Origin: an uncultured Iamiaceae bacterium
GTDB taxonomy: Bacteria; Actinomycetota; Acidimicrobiia; Acidimicrobiales; Iamiaceae
Reading direction: 5' to 3'
Length of the DNA stretch: 59,341 nt
Assembly (NCBI GenBank): GCA_964416885.1
Contig: CAYQGF010000001.1
Coordinates: 1-59,341 of the forward strand
Positions 10,240 through 20,737 of this stretch are shown here, one piece after another (the first letter of the stretch is position 1; every line of letters starts with the position of its first letter). A program made the position numbers and the translations under genes. The notes beneath the pieces are model-generated. The model was not told the DNA's origin and ran no database searches. It worked only from the letters and a program-made list of their open reading frames with translations.

Positions 10240-11703
10240 GTGCCCGACACCACCCTCGTTCGCCGTCCGCGCATCCGGACCGTCGCCCTCGTCGTCGCGG
10301 CCACCGCCCTGATCGCGCTCGTCGGCTGCGAGCCGGCACCGACCGAGCCCCCGCCGGGCCGATCGACCGTCGTCCGAGCCGATGTCGACACCTCGACCCA
10401 GTCGAACCAGCCCACCGCCCCGCGGGGCAACGACGTGGTCATGCGGGTCATGGACAGCGCCGGCAAGCTCAAGATCGCGTACGTCTCGTTCCCCGTCGCC
10501 GTCGCCGACACCACGAACCTGACCGCCGTCCTCGGCTTCACCCCGAAGCAGTCCGGGTTCCGGCTGTCGGTGCGCAACGTCGGACCGTTCACCAACGCCA
10601 CGACCCACGACACCCGCCCCGCCCTCGGTTCCGAGGTCGGCGTGGTCGCCGCCACCAGCGCCGACACCCGCCAGCGGGTCGCCCTCCAGGGGGTCACGGT
10701 CACCCGCGGCCGCGTGTCCCTGGCCCTGACCACCTCCAGCCCCTACGAGCTCCAGATCGTCACCACCGAGGGCAACGCCAGCGCGGCCCCCGCCCTCGAC
10801 GTCGGCCCGACCGTGGCCCCCACCACCGTGGCACCGACGACCCAGCCCCCGCCCCGCGAGGGCTGGCGGCTCACCTGGGCCGACGAGTTCGACGGGACCG
10901 CGGTCGACACCCGGCGCTGGAACGTCTACGACGAGGCCGGGCGCTGGCACAGCGTCGAGTCGCCCAAGGCCACCACCTGCCCGAAGGCGTCCAACGTCTC
11001 GGTCAGCGGCGGGATCCTCGTGCTGCGCACCCGCAAGGCCGATGGCGCCTGTGCCGGGGGCCAGGCCCAGAGCGGCGCCGGGCTCAACACCGTCGGCCTC
11101 TTCGAGCAGGCCCAGGGTCGCTTCGAGGCCCGGGCCCGATGGACCCAGCGGGGCAACTACCTCTGGGGTGGGTTCTGGACCCAGGCCAACGGCGGCCCCG
11201 GCTGGGACAAGACCAAGGCCTCCGAGCTCGACGTGTTCGAGTACATCGGCAAGGCGGGCGAGCCCAACATCAACCGCTACAAGCCGGCGATCCACTTCAG
11301 CTACACGTGCAACCCGAAGTGCATGCAGAACGTGCCGTACACCGGCCTGGACGTCACCGCCTGGCACACCTACGCCGTCGAGTGGGAGCCGACCGACCCG
11401 GCCGACCCGGCCACGACCCAGATCCGGTTCTTCCTCGACGGCGTGCAGGTCGCCCAGTTCGACCGCTTCGGCGCCTGGCGGGTCGACCCGGGCGGCACCA
11501 AGGTCCTCGTCCAGCAGGGGATGTGGACCAACCAGAACGGCCCCTTCCCCACCCCGTTCGGCCCCGACCGGGCCCACCGGATCGTGCTGTCGGCGTGGGT
11601 CGGTGCCCCCGGCGTCGACCCGGCCACGGTGAACGCCGGCTACCGCCCGACGGGCGGGACCGCCGACCTCCAGGTCGACTGGGTGCGGGCCTACCAGCGC
11701 TAG
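10240..11703 (+). CDS. GH16 glycoside hydrolase, lipoprotein
   Basis: Lipobox LVGC, Pro/Thr linker, WRLTWADEFDG, catalytic ELDVFE, WHTYAVEW, VDWVRAYQ. Confidence 0.88.
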   Translation: MPDTTLVRRPRIRTVALVVAATALIALVGCEPAPTEPPPGRSTVVRADVDTSTQSNQPTAPRGNDVVMRVMDSAGKLKIAYVSFPVAVADTTNLTAVLGFTPKQSGFRLSVRNVGPFTNATTHDTRPALGSEVGVVAATSADTRQRVALQGVTVTRGRVSLALTTSSPYELQIVTTEGNASAAPALDVGPTVAPTTVAPTTQPPPREGWRLTWADEFDGTAVDTRRWNVYDEAGRWHSVESPKATTCPKASNVSVSGGILVLRTRKADGACAGGQAQSGAGLNTVGLFEQAQGRFEARARWTQRGNYLWGGFWTQANGGPGWDKTKASELDVFEYIGKAGEPNINRYKPAIHFSYTCNPKCMQNVPYTGLDVTAWHTYAVEWEPTDPADPATTQIRFFLDGVQVAQFDRFGAWRVDPGGTKVLVQQGMWTNQNGPFPTPFGPDRAHRIVLSAWVGAPGVDPATVNAGYRPTGGTADLQVDWVRAYQR

Positions 11704-11709
11704 GCCGCC

Positions 11710-11748
11710 GCCGCGTACGCGAGGTGCCTGGCACCTCGCGTACGCGGC
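11710..11748. terminator. 19-bp perfect inverted repeat downstream of the GH16 gene
   Basis: GCCGCGTACGCGAGGTGCC-T-GGCACCTCGCGTACGCGGC; no strong U tract. Confidence 0.55.
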
Positions 11749-11771
11749 CTCTGGTCTGCCAGGCTCGGGGG

Positions 11772-12533
11772 GTGGGCGAGCGCATCCGGGTCGAGCGGGA
11801 CGACGAGCTGGACGGGCTGGTCACCCTCACCCTCGACCGACCCGACAAGCTCAACGCCCTCGACATCGCCCTCCACGACGAGCTCCAGGAGGCGTTGGCC
11901 GCCCTGGAGACCGATGCCACCGCTCGGGTGGTCGTCCTGACCGGGGCCGGCCGGGCCTTCTCGGCCGGGGCCCAGTTGGGCGACCGGCGGCCGGAGCGAC
12001 CGGTCAACGACATCGACCGGCTCCAGCGCGCCCACCTCGGCGGGCGCACCTGCGAGCTGATCGACCGGCTCCCGCAGGTGACGATCGGGGTGGCCAACGG
12101 GCTGGCCGTCGGCGGCGGGGTCGTGCTGCTCAGCTGCTGCGACCTGCGCCTGGCCGCGGCATCGGCGTGGTTCTCGATCCCCGAGGTCGAGCTCGACCTG
12201 CCGCTCACCTGGCAGGCCCTCCCCCGGCTGATGCGCGAGCTGGGGCCGGCCCGCACCCGGGAGCTGGCGATGGCGTGCGAGCGCTTCACCGCCGAGCAGG
12301 CCGAGCGGTGGGGGTTCGTCAACCACGTCCACCCCGACGACGCCCTGGGCGGGGAGGTGCGCGCCCTGGTCGCCCGGCTGCTGGCGATGGACCCGCTGGC
12401 GCTGGCCTCGACCAAGGCGGCCTGCGCCGCGCTCGCCAACGCCATGGTGCCCAAGGAGGTGACCTGGAGCGACGCCGAGCTGATGCTGCTCGCCTACCGC
12501 CAGGCCGCGCTCCGGGACCGGCGCCCGTCGTGA
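11772..12533 (+). CDS. enoyl-CoA hydratase/isomerase family
   Basis: LTLDRPDKLNAL, TGAGRAFSAG, NGLAVGGG, FSIPEV. Confidence 0.93.
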   Translation: MGERIRVERDDELDGLVTLTLDRPDKLNALDIALHDELQEALAALETDATARVVVLTGAGRAFSAGAQLGDRRPERPVNDIDRLQRAHLGGRTCELIDRLPQVTIGVANGLAVGGGVVLLSCCDLRLAAASAWFSIPEVELDLPLTWQALPRLMRELGPARTRELAMACERFTAEQAERWGFVNHVHPDDALGGEVRALVARLLAMDPLALASTKAACAALANAMVPKEVTWSDAELMLLAYRQAALRDRRPS

Positions 12534-13750
12534 CCCACGGCCGGGGGTCGCCCCTGGCGGTGCTGCTCCCGATGGTGCTCGCCGTGGTCCTGGCCGGGTG
12601 CGGCACCTCGACCGCCGGGCCCTCCGCCGGCGCCGCGGCCGAGACGACTGCGACCCTCCCGGACCTCCCCGGGTCGGCGACGCTCGCCGCGGCCGCGACG
12701 GCGCGGGCCGAGGAGGTCTGCGACACCGGCGGCGAGGCCGCTCCAGCCGATGCCGCGTCGACCGCCGACCGCTACGACCAGGAGACCTGGGCCGCGGTGG
12801 CGGAGCTGGTCGGCACCGCCGTCCTGGGCGACGACGGGGGCGCCGCGGCACGCCACGAGGCCCACCGGGCCTGGGCCGGGAGCCCGGCCCTGGCCGAGAC
12901 GTGGGACCGCCGGGCCGACGCCTCGGTGGAGTGCGCCGACGGCCGGCTCTCGGTCGTCACCGTCCTGGCCCGGTCGGCCCGGGCCTCCGCCGCCGGCCGG
13001 TACGGAGCGGTCCGCTTCCGCTCCACCGAGGTCGTCCACCGGGCGGCGGTCCGCTACGGCCGGGCCACCGACGTAGCGGGCCGGCCCGTCGACCTCCTGC
13101 TCGACCTGTACCTCCCCGACGAGACGGCGCCCGGCCGCCCCGCCCTGGTGATGGTGCACGGCGGCGGCTTCGAGGGCGGGAGCCGGTCGATGCACACCGC
13201 CGACGCCCGGGCCTACGCCCGCCGGGGGTTCGTCGTGGCCACCGTCGACTACCGCCTCGACCCCGACGCCGGACGCTCCGTCGCCACTCACCGGGCTGCG
13301 GCCCGCGCCGCCCTCGACGACGCCCGCGAGGCGGTCCGCTGGCTCCGTGCCCATGCCGACGACCTGGGCATCGACCCCGGCCGCATCGCCGCGGTGGGCG
13401 CCTCCGCCGGCGGCGAGGTCGCCCTCGGCCTGGCCCTGCTGGCCGAGCCCGGCGCCGCCGTCGCCGCCGCGGTGTCGACCGGGGCCTACCTCACCCCGCT
13501 GCTCGGCCAGGCCGACCTCGACCGCGACGCGGCCCCGGTGTTCCTCCAGTTCTCCGAGCGCGACACCGCCAGCGGTCGCCGCTGGAGCTATGCCGCAGGG
13601 ACCTGCGACGCGGTGCGCTCGGCCGGCGGGACCTGCGACCTGGCCGTCCGCCCCGGCGAGGGCCACACGATCGGCCTCGGCCCGACCGGTCCCGAGGCCG
13701 ATCGCATCCTGGCGTTCCTCGCCGTCCACCTCCGGCTCGGCGACGCCTGA
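12530..13750 (+). CDS. alpha/beta hydrolase (esterase), lipoprotein
   Basis: Lipobox LAGC; LLLDLYLP, VHGGGF, VDYRL, GASAGG, C-terminal GH. Confidence 0.85.
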   Translation: MTHGRGSPLAVLLPMVLAVVLAGCGTSTAGPSAGAAAETTATLPDLPGSATLAAAATARAEEVCDTGGEAAPADAASTADRYDQETWAAVAELVGTAVLGDDGGAAARHEAHRAWAGSPALAETWDRRADASVECADGRLSVVTVLARSARASAAGRYGAVRFRSTEVVHRAAVRYGRATDVAGRPVDLLLDLYLPDETAPGRPALVMVHGGGFEGGSRSMHTADARAYARRGFVVATVDYRLDPDAGRSVATHRAAARAALDDAREAVRWLRAHADDLGIDPGRIAAVGASAGGEVALGLALLAEPGAAVAAAVSTGAYLTPLLGQADLDRDAAPVFLQFSERDTASGRRWSYAAGTCDAVRSAGGTCDLAVRPGEGHTIGLGPTGPEADRILAFLAVHLRLGDA

Positions 13751-13762
13751 GCGACCGCGTCC

Positions 13763-15202
13763 TCAGGAGACCGGCGGACGGAGGTCGGCCCAGGGGGCGG
13801 CCGCCTCTAGCTGGGCCGCGACCCGGAGGAGGAGGTCCTCCCGGCCGTAGGCCGCGACGAGCTGGACGCCGACGGGGACGCCCTCGGCGGTGCGGTGCAT
13901 CGGGAGGCTGATCGCGGGCTGGCCCGACATGTTCCACGCCGGCGTGAACGGCACGAACGCCTCGGCCCGGATCAGGGGGGCCAGCGGCGTGGCCGGGTCG
14001 TTGGCCATGGTGCCGAGCGGCAGCGGGACCTCGCCCAGCGTCGGGGTGAGGAGCAGGTCCCAGCCGTCGCTCCACCACTGCTGCACCCGCCGGCGGAAGC
14101 CGGCCGACGCGGCCTGGGCCGCCGCCAGGTCGGTGGCGTGGAGGTTCTTGGCGTACTCGGACTGGACCCAGTTGACCGGCTCGACCTCGTCCTCGCCGAT
14201 CGTCCGGCCGACCGCGGCCTCGCACTCGGCGATGCCCGCGGCCATGGCCGTGGCCCACATGGCCAGGAACCGGCCCACGACCTCACGGTCGGCCAGGGCC
14301 TCCGGGAAGCCGGGCTCGACGTCGTGGCCCAACGACTCCAGCCGCGCCGCGGTGGCCCGCACCCCGTCGGCGCACTCGGGGGCGATCGCACCACCCCGGG
14401 GGTTGTGGTCGAGCATGCCGATGCGCAGGCGCCCGGGGTCGGCCCCGACCTCCTCGACGAACGGCCGGGCCGGAGCCGGGGCAATCACCGTGTCACCCAC
14501 GCCCGGGCCGTGGGTCGCGTCGAGCAGCGCCGCGCTGTCGCGGACGGTGCGGGTCACGCAGTGCTCGACGCCGAGGGCGCTCTCGGTGCGGAACGGGCCG
14601 AGGGTGATGCGGCCCTGGCTGGGCTTGAGCCCGACCAGGCCACAGCACGACGCCGGGATGCGGATGCTGCCGCCGCCGTCGGAGGCGTGGGCCACCGGCA
14701 CCATGCCGCTGGCGACGGCGGCCGCCGACCCGCCGCTCGACCCGCCGGGCGTCCGGCCGGGGTCCCACGGGTTGCGGGTCGGTCCCCAGGCGACCGGCTC
14801 GGTGGTGGGCAGGCTCCCCAGCTCGGGGCTGTTGGTCCGCCCGGCGATCACCAGGCCGGCGGCCCGGAAGCGACCGACCAGGGTCGTGTCCTGGGGCGAG
14901 AGCGGGGCCGCGTCCTTCAGGGCCGCGTTGCCGTTGGACAGCGGGTGCCCGGCCATGTGGGCGTAGAGGTCCTTGAGCAGGAACGGCACGCCGCGGAACG
15001 GGCCGCCGGGGAGGTCGGGGCTGGCCGCCGTGGCCCGGGCCTCGTCGAACCACCGGAACGTCAGGGCGTTGAGCTGCGGGTCGAGGCGCTCGATGCGCTC
15101 CAGGGCGGCGTCGAGCAGCTCGGCCGGCGTCACCTCCCCGTCGGCGACCAGCGCAGCCTGGTCGGTCGCGTCCATCCACTGGGTCTCGTCGGCGAGGGTC
15201 AC
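13763..15202 (-). CDS. amidase (amidase signature family)
   Basis: [37 protein letters not shown]. Confidence 0.95.
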   Translation of the reverse strand: MTLADETQWMDATDQAALVADGEVTPAELLDAALERIERLDPQLNALTFRWFDEARATAASPDLPGGPFRGVPFLLKDLYAHMAGHPLSNGNAALKDAAPLSPQDTTLVGRFRAAGLVIAGRTNSPELGSLPTTEPVAWGPTRNPWDPGRTPGGSSGGSAAAVASGMVPVAHASDGGGSIRIPASCCGLVGLKPSQGRITLGPFRTESALGVEHCVTRTVRDSAALLDATHGPGVGDTVIAPAPARPFVEEVGADPGRLRIGMLDHNPRGGAIAPECADGVRATAARLESLGHDVEPGFPEALADREVVGRFLAMWATAMAAGIAECEAAVGRTIGEDEVEPVNWVQSEYAKNLHATDLAAAQAASAGFRRRVQQWWSDGWDLLLTPTLGEVPLPLGTMANDPATPLAPLIRAEAFVPFTPAWNMSGQPAISLPMHRTAEGVPVGVQLVAAYGREDLLLRVAAQLEAAAPWADLRPPVS

Positions 15203-15855
15203 GGCGGGAAGTGTGGACCATCCCAGCCCCCGCCGCCCGCCGGGGCGGGGTCCTCGGCCGGCGCCGTGACCAGGTCATGGCCGGCGAACCAGGCCAGGAC
15301 GGCGGCGACGACCAGGCCGATCACCACCGGGGCCGCGGTGCTGGCCCGGTCGAGGACCGAGACGACGCGATCGGCGTCGCCCACACTGCCCCCGGCCGGG
15401 CCCGGCGAGGCCAACGACTCGAGCTGGCCCGCGGTGCGCACCACGGCGGCCACGGCGATGGCGCCGGCCAGGGCCAGGAGCGCACCCACGGCGACCACCC
15501 CCTGGAGGACCCGGGCGCCCAGCGTCCCGACCCGTTCGCCCGGCCCGATGACCATCACCAGCAGGTAGGCCAGGACGAGCAGCACCAGGGCCAGGCCGCC
15601 GCCCCCGCTCACGCCCCCCGACACCGCCGACCAGGTGGCGCCGAACTCGACGATCTCCCACGCCGAGGGGCGGGGCGCGGCATCCCGGGTGATCCGCTCC
15701 CACACCACGGCGGCGACCAGGCCCCGCACCAGCACCGCGGCCGAGGCCGCGAGCAGCAGGGCCGCCAGCAGCTCGCAGCGCCGCTGGGCCTCGGCGTCGT
15801 CGTCTTCGTCCGCCGGCCCGGGGCCGGCGTCGATGGGGTGGACCGGGTCCGTCAC
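15199..15855 (-). CDS. hypothetical membrane protein
   Basis: Four hydrophobic segments; stop overlaps the amidase start (GTGA). Confidence 0.7.
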   Translation of the reverse strand: MTDPVHPIDAGPGPADEDDDAEAQRRCELLAALLLAASAAVLVRGLVAAVVWERITRDAAPRPSAWEIVEFGATWSAVSGGVSGGGGLALVLLVLAYLLVMVIGPGERVGTLGARVLQGVVAVGALLALAGAIAVAAVVRTAGQLESLASPGPAGGSVGDADRVVSVLDRASTAAPVVIGLVVAAVLAWFAGHDLVTAPAEDPAPAGGGGWDGPHFPP

Positions 15856-15928
15856 GGGGCCTCCTGCGCTCGCCGGTCGACCCTAGATGGCCGGCGCGCT
15901 CGCCCCCAGGTGTGCCTATCGTCACGAC

Positions 15929-16969
15929 GTGCGAGCAGTCCGGGTGGTGCGCCACGGGGAACCGACCGAGGCGATCGAGGTGCACGACGACGTGCCGGTC
16001 CCGGAGGTGGGGCCGGGGAAGGTGCGGGTCGCGGTGCGGGCCGCGTCGCTCAACTTCGGCGACATCGCCCGCTGCCGGGGCGGCGTGGCGGCCGTGATGG
16101 CCGAGCCGCCGTTCACCCTCGGCATGGACGTGGCCGGGGTGGTCGACGCCGTGGGCGAGGGGGTGGACGACGCCCTGGTCGGGCAGCGGGTGGTCGGCAT
16201 CGCCGACATGTCGCTGGGCGGGCTGGCCGACCGGGCCGTGTGCGGCTCGGTGTTCCCGGCCCCGCCGAGCCTGGACGACGTCGAGGCCGCGGCCTTCACC
16301 CTCCCGTTCCACCTCGGGTACCTGGCCCTGCACGTCCGGGCCGGGCTCCGAGCCGGCGAGGTGGTGCTGGTCCGCTCGGGGGCGAGCGCGGTGGGCACCG
16401 CGGCCATCCAGCTGGCGGTCGCGGCCGGGGCCACGGTGGTCGCCACGGCCGGTGGGGCCGAGAAGGTCGAGCTGTGCCGGTCGTTGGGCGCCGCCCACGT
16501 CGTCGACCACACCGGCGCCGACGACCTGTTCGACGCGGTGATGGCGGCGACCGACGGGCGGGGCGCGGATGTCGTGTTCGACCCGGTCGGCGGCGAGCAG
16601 ACCGAGGCGATGTGGGCGTGCACGGCCCGGGGCGGCCGCTACCTGCCGGTCGGGTTCAACGACGACCCCGAGTCGGGCATGACCGGGCGGCCCCTGCGGC
16701 GGGCGTCGATGGCCAACGTCACGATCGTCGGGGTGGTGCTGGCCTACATGGACCTGCCGCCCGAGGTCCGGCGGTTCGGCATCAACCCCTTCCCGCCGGC
16801 CGTCGGCGACGAGGTCCACGCCGCCCTGCTCGACCTGCTGGCCGCGGGCGCCGTCCGCCCGGTCGTGGGCCGCCGCATCGGCCCCGACGAGGTGGCCTCG
16901 GCCCTGGAGGACCACGCCGCCCGCCGCACCTCCGGTCGCACCGTCGTCGCCTGGGAGCCCGGGCCATGA
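15929..16969 (+). CDS. NADPH:quinone oxidoreductase / MDR family
   Basis: VRAASLNFGD, PFTLGMDVAGVV, GASAVGTAAIQLA, GRGADVVFDPVGG. Confidence 0.92.
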   Translation: MRAVRVVRHGEPTEAIEVHDDVPVPEVGPGKVRVAVRAASLNFGDIARCRGGVAAVMAEPPFTLGMDVAGVVDAVGEGVDDALVGQRVVGIADMSLGGLADRAVCGSVFPAPPSLDDVEAAAFTLPFHLGYLALHVRAGLRAGEVVLVRSGASAVGTAAIQLAVAAGATVVATAGGAEKVELCRSLGAAHVVDHTGADDLFDAVMAATDGRGADVVFDPVGGEQTEAMWACTARGGRYLPVGFNDDPESGMTGRPLRRASMANVTIVGVVLAYMDLPPEVRRFGINPFPPAVGDEVHAALLDLLAAGAVRPVVGRRIGPDEVASALEDHAARRTSGRTVVAWEPGP

Positions 16970-17094
16970 CCGTTCTTGGTGCACAACGCGTCGCCCAGCG
17001 ACCTCTCCTGCACCAAGAACCGGATGGGGCCCGAGGCGTGACCGTTCTTGGTGCACGACACGTCGCCCAGCGACCGGTCGTGCACCAAGAACGG
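16969..17094. repeat. REP/MITE-like palindromic repeats, two tandem 49-bp units
   Basis: GTTCTTGGTGCA...TGCACCAAGAAC at 16972-17020 and 17044-17092. Confidence 0.85.
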
Positions 17095-17117
17095 CGCCGG
17101 GGCGGGGAGGCCGGGGC

Positions 17118-18287
17118 GTGACGACGGCGGACGAGCTGGTCGAGCGGGCGGCGAGCGCCACCGGGCTCGACGACCTCGGGCCGGGCACCTACCGGGAGGG
17201 GCTGGAGGTCTACGCCGCGGCGCTGACCGACGAGGCCCGGCTCAGCGACCTCGGCGTGCTGGCGGTCGAGAGCGCGGTGGTCAACGCCCTGGCCAACCGG
17301 ATGCGGGTCATCGCCCACGCCGCGGCCCACCCCGAGGTGCGGGAGGAGAGCATCGACGCCCCGCTGGTGGTGATCGGCATGTTCCGGGCCGGCACGACCT
17401 TCCTGTCCCGCCTGCTCGACCGGGACCCGGCCAACCGGGCGCTGCTGCGGTGGGAAGCCGGCGACAGCGCGCCCCCACCGACGCCGGCCGACCACCGGCG
17501 CGGGCCCCGGGTCGACGCCGGTCACGCCGAGGTCGAGATGCTGGAGGCCCTCAACCCGGCGGTGCGGGCCATCCACCACGAGGACGCCGACGGCCCGACC
17601 GAGTGCATCGCGGTGATGGGCCAGGACTTCAAGAGCCTGTCGTGGGAGGCCATCGCCAACGTCCCCTCGTACGGGGCCTGGCTGCGGGCGGCCGACACGA
17701 CCTCGGCCTACGAGTACCACCGCCTCGTGCTCCAGACCCTCCAGAGCGCCGGCGTGCGGGGCCGGTGGACGCTCAAGAGCCCGCACCACTGCCTGGGCCT
17801 CGACGCCCTCACCGCCGTCTACCCCGACGCCCGGCTCGTCCTCCTCCACCGCGACCCGGTCGTGCTGGCCGCCTCGGTGTGCAGCCTGATCTCGACCCTG
17901 TCGGGGACGTTCACCGACACCGACCACACCGCCTACGTGGCCGCCCACTGGACGGCGACGCTGGAGGAGTCGGTCCGCCGGGTCGACGCCTTCCGGGCCG
18001 CCCACCCGGAGCACCCGGTCGTCGACGTGCAGTACGCCGACCTGGTGGCCGACCCGGTCGGCACCGTCGGCCGGCTGTCCGATGCCGTCGGGACGCCCCT
18101 GTCCACCGCGGCCGAGGCGGCCATCGCCGACCACGTCGCCGCCCACCCCCGCGGCACCCACGGCGAGCACCGCTACGACCTGGCCTCCCACGGGCTGGAC
18201 GAGGCCGAGCTGCGGGCGCGCTTCGCCGGCTACGTCGAGCGCTACGACATCCCGGTCGAGGCCGTCGGTCAGTCGCAGGGCTCGTAG
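17118..18287 (+). CDS. sulfotransferase family protein
   Basis: PAPS loop GMFRAGTTFL, WTLKSPHH, LHRDPVVLAASVCSL. Confidence 0.92.
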   Translation: MTTADELVERAASATGLDDLGPGTYREGLEVYAAALTDEARLSDLGVLAVESAVVNALANRMRVIAHAAAHPEVREESIDAPLVVIGMFRAGTTFLSRLLDRDPANRALLRWEAGDSAPPPTPADHRRGPRVDAGHAEVEMLEALNPAVRAIHHEDADGPTECIAVMGQDFKSLSWEAIANVPSYGAWLRAADTTSAYEYHRLVLQTLQSAGVRGRWTLKSPHHCLGLDALTAVYPDARLVLLHRDPVVLAASVCSLISTLSGTFTDTDHTAYVAAHWTATLEESVRRVDAFRAAHPEHPVVDVQYADLVADPVGTVGRLSDAVGTPLSTAAEAAIADHVAAHPRGTHGEHRYDLASHGLDEAELRARFAGYVERYDIPVEAVGQSQGS

Positions 18288-18487
18288 CTGGCCCGGGGCG
18301 ACGGCGCCGTCGGGCTCGGCCGCACCGGGGCCTGGCCCGGCAGGGGCGGCGGCGTCGGCGGCGCGAACAGGGTCGTCTCCGGGGGGCAGAGGTAGATCGG
18401 CCGCTCGCTCGGGTCGGGCTGGAAGGCCAGCCACAACCGGAACACCCCGAGCAGCAGCATGACGCCCGCCCCGATCAGCCCGGCCAT
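18269..18487 (-). CDS. small Pro-rich membrane protein (tentative)
   Basis: 72-aa ORF with an N-terminal TM segment filling the intergenic gap; GGAG upstream; no recognised family. Confidence 0.35.
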   Translation of the reverse strand: MAGLIGAGVMLLLGVFRLWLAFQPDPSERPIYLCPPETTLFAPPTPPPLPGQAPVRPSPTAPSPRASYEPCD

Positions 18488-18599
18488 GGTGCGCGTCTCC
18501 ACGGGCCGCACTCCACCACGGACCACGCGAACCGAGCGCGAACGGACGACGACCTGGACAGGCGTCCAGGTCCGTCCGGGGCGCACTACGGTCCCCCGC

Positions 18600-19709
18600 A
18601 TGCAGACCAAGGCCGCCGTGCTGTGGGAGAACAACACCCCCTGGGAGATCGAGGACGTCGAGCTCGACGACCCCGAGGACGGCGAGGTCCTGGTCCGCAT
18701 GGTCGCCTCCGGGCTGTGCCACTCCGACGACCACGCCGTCACCGGCGACCTGCCGGCGCTCCTGCCGCTGATCTGCGGCCACGAGGGCGCCGGCGTGGTC
18801 GAGGCCGTCGGCCCCGGCGTCACCCGCGTCAAGCCGGGCGACCACGTCGTGTTCGCCTTCATCCCGGCCTGCGGCGAGTGCGCCTCGTGCTCCCAGGGCC
18901 ACCAGAACCTGTGCGACAACGGCGCCGCCGCCCTCATCGGGCTCAAGTTCGACGGCACGTCCCGCCACCACGCCCGGGGCCAGGACCTCTACACCTACGT
19001 CGGGCTGGGCACCTTCTCCGAGCACACCGTCGTGCACGAGTGGAGCTGCGTGCCGATCGACCCGGAGATCCCCCTCGACCGGGCCTGCCTGGTCGGCTGT
19101 GGCGTCACCACCGGGTGGGGCTCGGCCGTCTACGCCGCCGAGGTCCGGCCCGGTGACGACGTGGCCATCATCGGCATCGGCGGAATCGGGGTCAGCGCCC
19201 TGATGGGGGCCAAGCTGGCCGGGGCCGAGCGGATCTTCGCCATCGACCCGGTCGAGCCCAAGCGCGACGAGGCCAAGCGGTTCGGCGCCACCCACACCGC
19301 GGCCACCGTGCAGGAGGCCTTCGACGTCATCCAGGCCGAGACCCGGGGCCGGATGTGCACCAAGGTGATCGCCTGCGTCGGGGTCGGCGACGGGGCGGAG
19401 CTGGCCGACACCATGCGGCTGGTCGCCAAGCGGGGCCGGCTGGTCGTCACCAACATCCACCCGATGCACGAGACCGACGTCAAGCTCTCGCTCTGCGACC
19501 TCACCCTGATGGAGAAGCAGGTCGTCGGCTCGATCTTCGGCTCGGCCAACCCCCTGTTCGACATCCCCCGGCTGCTCCGCCTCTACCAGGGCGGCCAGCT
19601 CGACCTCGACGGCATCGTCACCCGCACCTACCCGCTGGCCGACGTGAACCAGGGCTTCGCCGACATGAAGTCCGGGGCCAACCTCCGCGGCGTCCTGGCC
19701 ATCGGCTGA
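18600..19709 (+). CDS. Zn-dependent alcohol dehydrogenase, NDMA-dependent (Rxyl_3153-like)
   Basis: GLCHSDDH, GHEGAG, CGECASC..C, GCGVTTGWGSA, GIGGIG. Confidence 0.92.
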   Translation: MQTKAAVLWENNTPWEIEDVELDDPEDGEVLVRMVASGLCHSDDHAVTGDLPALLPLICGHEGAGVVEAVGPGVTRVKPGDHVVFAFIPACGECASCSQGHQNLCDNGAAALIGLKFDGTSRHHARGQDLYTYVGLGTFSEHTVVHEWSCVPIDPEIPLDRACLVGCGVTTGWGSAVYAAEVRPGDDVAIIGIGGIGVSALMGAKLAGAERIFAIDPVEPKRDEAKRFGATHTAATVQEAFDVIQAETRGRMCTKVIACVGVGDGAELADTMRLVAKRGRLVVTNIHPMHETDVKLSLCDLTLMEKQVVGSIFGSANPLFDIPRLLRLYQGGQLDLDGIVTRTYPLADVNQGFADMKSGANLRGVLAIG

Positions 19710-19738
19710 GCCGGCCCGGGCCCGACCACCGGACGATC

Positions 19739-20737
19739 GTGTACCTGGCCCGGTTCGACCTGCGGGGGCCGGGGCTCGACCGGGCGCCGCGGGCGGCCCA
19801 GCACCGCACGGCCCTCGCCATGGCGAGCTGGCTCGACGAGCGGGGGTGCGGCTCGATCGTCGTCTCCGAGCACCACGTCTCCGACGACGGCTACCTCCCC
19901 TCCCCGCTCCCCTTCGCCACCGCCCTGGCCGCCGTCACCACCCGTACCCCGATCGTGGTCGCCGCCGCCGTGCTGCCCCTCTACGACCCGGTGCGCCTGG
20001 CCGAGGACATCGTCACCCTCGACCACGTCAGCCAGGGCCGGGCCATGGTCGTGCTGGGCCTCGGCTACCGGCCGGTCGAGTACGAGTTGTACGGCGTCGA
20101 CTGGCACCGCCGGGGCGCGGTGGCCGACGCCAAGTTGGCCCGCCTGCTGGAGCTGCTCGACGCCGCCGCCGCCGGCACCGACCCGGTCCGGGTCACCCCG
20201 GCGCCCCACAGCGCGCCCCGGCCGCTGCTGTGCTGGGGCGGGCGCAGCCTCGCCGCAGCCCAACGGGCGGGCCGCCACGGCCTCGGGTTCTTCGCCCAGA
20301 CCGACGACCCGGCCCTGCGCACCACCTACGAGGAGGCGGCCCGGGCCGCCGGCCACCAGCCGGGCCTCTGCGTGCTGCCGCCGGCCGACATGCCGCTGAT
20401 CACCTTCGTCCACGACGACGTCGACACCGGGTGGGCCGAGGTCGGCCCGGCGATGCTGGTCGACGCCGCCGGCTACCACGACTGGGCTGCGGCGGCCGGC
20501 ACCGCCGAGGGCACGGCCAGCATGAGCCCGGCGGCCTCGCTCGACGACCTGCGCCGGGCCGAGGGCGCCCACCGGGTGGTCACGCCGGACCAGGCCCGGC
20601 ACCTGGCCGAACGGTACGGCACCATCGGGCTCCACCCGCTCTGCGGCGGCCTCGACCCCGACCTCGCCTGGACCTACCTCCGCCGGGCCGTCGCCGCCGT
20701 CGGCCCGGCCCCGTCCCCCGCCGAGGAGGCACCGTGA
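19739..20737 (+). CDS. LLM-class flavin-dependent oxidoreductase
   Basis: VSEHHVSDDGYLPSP, PLYDPVRLAEDIVTLD, LGLGYRPVEY. Confidence 0.9.
   Translation: MYLARFDLRGPGLDRAPRAAQHRTALAMASWLDERGCGSIVVSEHHVSDDGYLPSPLPFATALAAVTTRTPIVVAAAVLPLYDPVRLAEDIVTLDHVSQGRAMVVLGLGYRPVEYELYGVDWHRRGAVADAKLARLLELLDAAAAGTDPVRVTPAPHSAPRPLLCWGGRSLAAAQRAGRHGLGFFAQTDDPALRTTYEEAARAAGHQPGLCVLPPADMPLITFVHDDVDTGWAEVGPAMLVDAAGYHDWAAAAGTAEGTASMSPAASLDDLRRAEGAHRVVTPDQARHLAERYGTIGLHPLCGGLDPDLAWTYLRRAVAAVGPAPSPAEEAP

Noticed and set aside
16969..17094. Possible CRISPR array (also 5016-5140)
   Set aside because: Only two units per locus; arms are inverted pairs with related internal spacers; no cas genes in the window.
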